DNA of 7,033 nt, taken from Candidatus Auribacterota bacterium. Lineage in GTDB: Bacteria; Auribacterota; UBA6266. The translations under genes and the position numbers were made by a program. Each line of letters starts with the position of its first letter. Positions within the stretch are counted from its first letter, which is position 1. This document shows, piece by piece, positions 5,694 to 7,033 of this stretch. The stretch lies in the NCBI GenBank assembly GCA_023136205.1, contig JAGLRQ010000085.1, positions 1-7,033 of the forward strand. The letters run 5' to 3'. Below the pieces are notes generated by a model. It was not told the origin of the DNA and did no database searches. It saw only the letters and a program-made list of their open reading frames with translations.

Positions 5694-5699
5694 TAAGTA

Positions 5700-6422
5700 A
5701 TGCGGCTTGACGGGAAAATTGCCCTGGTGACAGGGGCCAGTCGTGGAATTGGGAAAGCAATAGCAGCTGCGATTATTGAAGCTGGAGGTACTGTTATTGT
5801 TACTTATAAGAAAAACAAAGATTTAGCTCGAGAAGTCGCGGAAAGAGACAAAAAAGGAAAATCTATAGCGGTTCAAATGGATGTTTCTGATCGTTTGTCC
5901 GTTAAAAAAGCAAAAGATATTGTGATAAACAAATTTGGCCATCTCGATATTTTTGTTAACAATGCTGGAATTAATAAGCCAAACGATTTTGAGAAGATAA
6001 CAGATAACGATTGGGAAAATGTCCTGGATGTGAATTTAAAAGGCCCGTTTATTGTTACACAGGAATTTTTATCAATGATGAAAGAAAAAGGTTCGATAAT
6101 TAATATTTCTTCGGTTAGCGGGCAGTACGGGGGCCCGAGGACAACACACTATGCGGTTTCTAAAGCGGGATTAATAGCTTTTACTCAAAACCTGGCGATC
6201 TTTTGCGCGCGGAAAAAGATCAGGGTGAATGCTGTTTCACCCGGCCTTATTGAATCTGAAATGGCAAAGGCCGCGAAAGGGCTGTCGATTGAAGAGAAAA
6301 TATTGCTTGGACGTTTAGGCACGCCTGAAGAAGTGGCAAAAGCTGTTTTGTTTTTAGCATCAGATGACGCGTCCTATATTACCGGACATACGCTTAATGT
6401 AAACGGGGGAATATATTTTTAA
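5700..6422 (+). CDS. Classical short-chain dehydrogenase/reductase, FabG-like (3-oxoacyl reductase family), 240 aa
   Basis: Motifs present: TGASRGIGKAIA (TGxxxGxG), NNAGI, the Ser...YAVSKAG (YxxxK) catalytic set, SPGLIESEM, and GRLGTPEEVAKAVLFLASDDASYITGHTLNVNGG. The basic residues after beta-2 (VTYKKNK) suggest NADP(H) preference, which is an inference. Confidence 0.92.
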   Translation: MRLDGKIALVTGASRGIGKAIAAAIIEAGGTVIVTYKKNKDLAREVAERDKKGKSIAVQMDVSDRLSVKKAKDIVINKFGHLDIFVNNAGINKPNDFEKITDNDWENVLDVNLKGPFIVTQEFLSMMKEKGSIINISSVSGQYGGPRTTHYAVSKAGLIAFTQNLAIFCARKKIRVNAVSPGLIESEMAKAAKGLSIEEKILLGRLGTPEEVAKAVLFLASDDASYITGHTLNVNGGIYF

Positions 6423-6423
6423 G

Positions 6424-7033
6424 ATGATAATATTCGGCGCGTCAAACGCGGGCAGGAGGTTAAAGAAGATTCTTGAAGCTAAGGGCCTTAAGATAGATTA
6501 TTTTTGTGATAATGATATAAAAAAGCATGGGATAGTTATAGATGGTATAAAGGTTTTAAACCCCTCCCGTTTGAAGAACCGGCCCCATATTGTAATAGCC
6601 AGCATGTGGGTAAAGGATATTGCTGTCCAGCTTGAAGAAATGGGGATAACCAACTGGAGTAGTTCAGATGAGTGGCTGTTAAAAGATCATTTTAATTTGA
6701 AACTGGACCTTAAAAAGATTAAACGGTTTTTTGATTTATTAAAGGATAAGCCGTCCGGGGAAGTATTAAGGAGAATAGTAAATTATAGGTTGGGTCTGGT
6801 TCGTTTAGTGGACAGTTCGCCTTATCCGGCGTATTTTCATCCTGAAGTAAGGCCGGAGAAAGAAGATGTAGTTATAGATGGAGGAGCGCATACAGGGGAT
6901 ACAGCGCCGGCATTTGCTAAAGCAGCCATGAAGGTGTTTTCTTTTGAACCGGAAGAAGAAACATATAAAAAGCTTGCCCGTAATGTCAGCTCTTTAGACA
7001 ATGTTTTTCCGGAAAAAGCCGCTTTGTGGAATA
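6424..7033 (+). CDS. FkbM-family SAM-dependent methyltransferase with a NeuD/PglD-like N-terminal Rossmann-type domain, 3'-truncated by the window edge (203 codons present)
   Basis: I translated this by hand. ATG 6424 is 1 nt after the SDR stop, and there is no stop codon through nt 7032. The sequence reads MIIFGASNAGRRLKKILEAKGLKIDYFCDNDIKKHGIVIDGIKVLNP...VVIDGGAHTGDTAPAFAKAAMKVFSFEPEEETYKKLARN. DGGAHxGD...V.sFEP is the FkbM-type SAM motif region. It is absent from the supplied track only because no stop falls within the window. Confidence 0.78.
   Translation, partial: MIIFGASNAGRRLKKILEAKGLKIDYFCDNDIKKHGIVIDGIKVLNPSRLKNRPHIVIASMWVKDIAVQLEEMGITNWSSSDEWLLKDHFNLKLDLKKIKRFFDLLKDKPSGEVLRRIVNYRLGLVRLVDSSPYPAYFHPEVRPEKEDVVIDGGAHTGDTAPAFAKAAMKVFSFEPEEETYKKLARNVSSLDNVFPEKAALWN

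Noticed and set aside
1-7033. A scan for CRISPR repeats, terminal inverted repeats or transposase genes, integrase or att-like sites, tRNA or rRNA, toxin-antitoxin pairs and recognisable defence-system genes.
   Set aside because: None was found. The only repeats are the short tandem arrays in the 3574-3832 spacer, which lack the spacer-repeat organisation of CRISPR. Every long ORF has a clear metabolic enzyme signature.

Overview
All seven supportable genes are on the + strand and form one compact biosynthetic or tailoring cassette from an AT-rich genome (roughly 40% GC by eye, not computed). In order: (1) the 3' part of an ATP-grasp ligase (<1..939); (2) a second ATP-grasp ligase (926..2047); (3) a B12-binding-domain (class B) radical SAM enzyme (2035..3573); a 259-nt spacer that is strongly purine-rich and full of short tandem repeats; (4,5) a split transketolase-like ThDP enzyme (N-subunit 3833..4645, C-subunit 4638..5603); a 96-nt spacer with two hairpins; (6) a FabG-like short-chain dehydrogenase (5700..6422); (7) the 5' part of an FkbM-family methyltransferase with a NeuD/PglD-like N-terminal domain (6424..>7033). 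Gene 7 is absent from the supplied ORF track because it runs off the window. I saw no rRNA, tRNA, CRISPR array, transposase or integrase. All minus-strand and alternate-frame ORFs in the track look like shadows of the + strand genes. The points most worth a second look are: (a) the enzyme combination, which fits an uncharacterised glycan or small-acid tailoring pathway rather than housekeeping metabolism; (b) apparent substitutions of two canonical transketolase substrate or catalytic residues in the C-subunit (His to Ala in the G-x-T-H-Q motif, Ser to Gly in the phosphate-binding loop); (c) a 9-register heptamer array (ATACNNN) directly upstream of the transketolase Shine-Dalgarno; (d) a T-poor, 75% purine spacer with 10-nt phased repeats and A-tracts. 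The functional interpretations are inference from motifs read by eye. No database search was possible.
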